A stretch of 5,642 bases of DNA from Octopus sinensis (Eukaryota), in the NCBI RefSeq assembly GCF_006345805.1, contig NW_021829985.1, positions 1-5,642 on the forward strand, written 5' to 3'. Both the position numbers and the translations under genes were made by a program. Shown here in pieces: positions 5,478 to 5,642 of the stretch (its first letter is position 1; each line of letters starts with the position of its first letter). The notes beneath the pieces are model-generated. The model was not told the DNA's origin, searched no databases, and saw only the letters and a list, made by a program, of their open reading frames with translations.

Positions 5478-5630
5478 TCTCTCTAAAAGAGAACACGGCA
5501 GCGTTCCTGGAAATTAATAGTTATCGCCATACTAATATGGCATTCTTATAAAAATAAGAATAAAGCTGTCCGCTTATTAGCTCCATGAGGCCATCGCCTT
5601 AAGTTAGCTATTTGATACACAAACTGTATC
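5478..5630. other. Chain of six short hairpins, possible structured RNA or end of an unclassified repeat
   Basis: TCTCT/AGAGA 5478-5492; GCCATA/TATGGC 5526-5541; ATTCTTAT/ATAAGAAT 5542-5561; AAGC/GCTT 5563-5575; AGGC/GCCT 5588-5599; GATACA/TGTATC 5614-5630. Confidence 0.4.
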
Positions 5631-5642
5631 CATATAACCTTC

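Noticed and set aside
1-5642. CRISPR array, prokaryotic promoters/terminators or operon
   Set aside because: No regularly spaced direct repeats with unique spacers; the composition (SINEs, LINE, long TA tracts) is that of an animal genome.

Overview
Non-coding eukaryotic DNA made almost entirely of nested retroelements and (TA)n-type microsatellites; I see no host gene. The tRNA-derived SINE families look like the abundant octopus (coleoid cephalopod) SINEs; this is recognition from memory, not a search. Contents: (i) several complete or partial copies of a ~430-bp SINE (family A), including two head-to-head inverted pairs; (ii) a decayed RTE-clade LINE whose RT half (minus, ~1138-2255) and endonuclease/linker half (plus, ~2277-2940) point in opposite directions, with a second SINE (family B) inserted in the RT inside a 17/18-bp target duplication; (iii) a small MITE-like element and the head of a third SINE family. 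The most interesting signal is two unrelated type I hammerhead ribozyme motifs with short palindromic stem III, the architecture known from Penelope-like elements and retrozymes. HHR1 (plus, 3926-4019) has an intact core, a 60-nt stem II containing AATAAA, and a 103-bp inverted copy of its 3' half upstream. HHR2 (minus, 4424-4484) faces it. All ORFs in the supplied track appear spurious.
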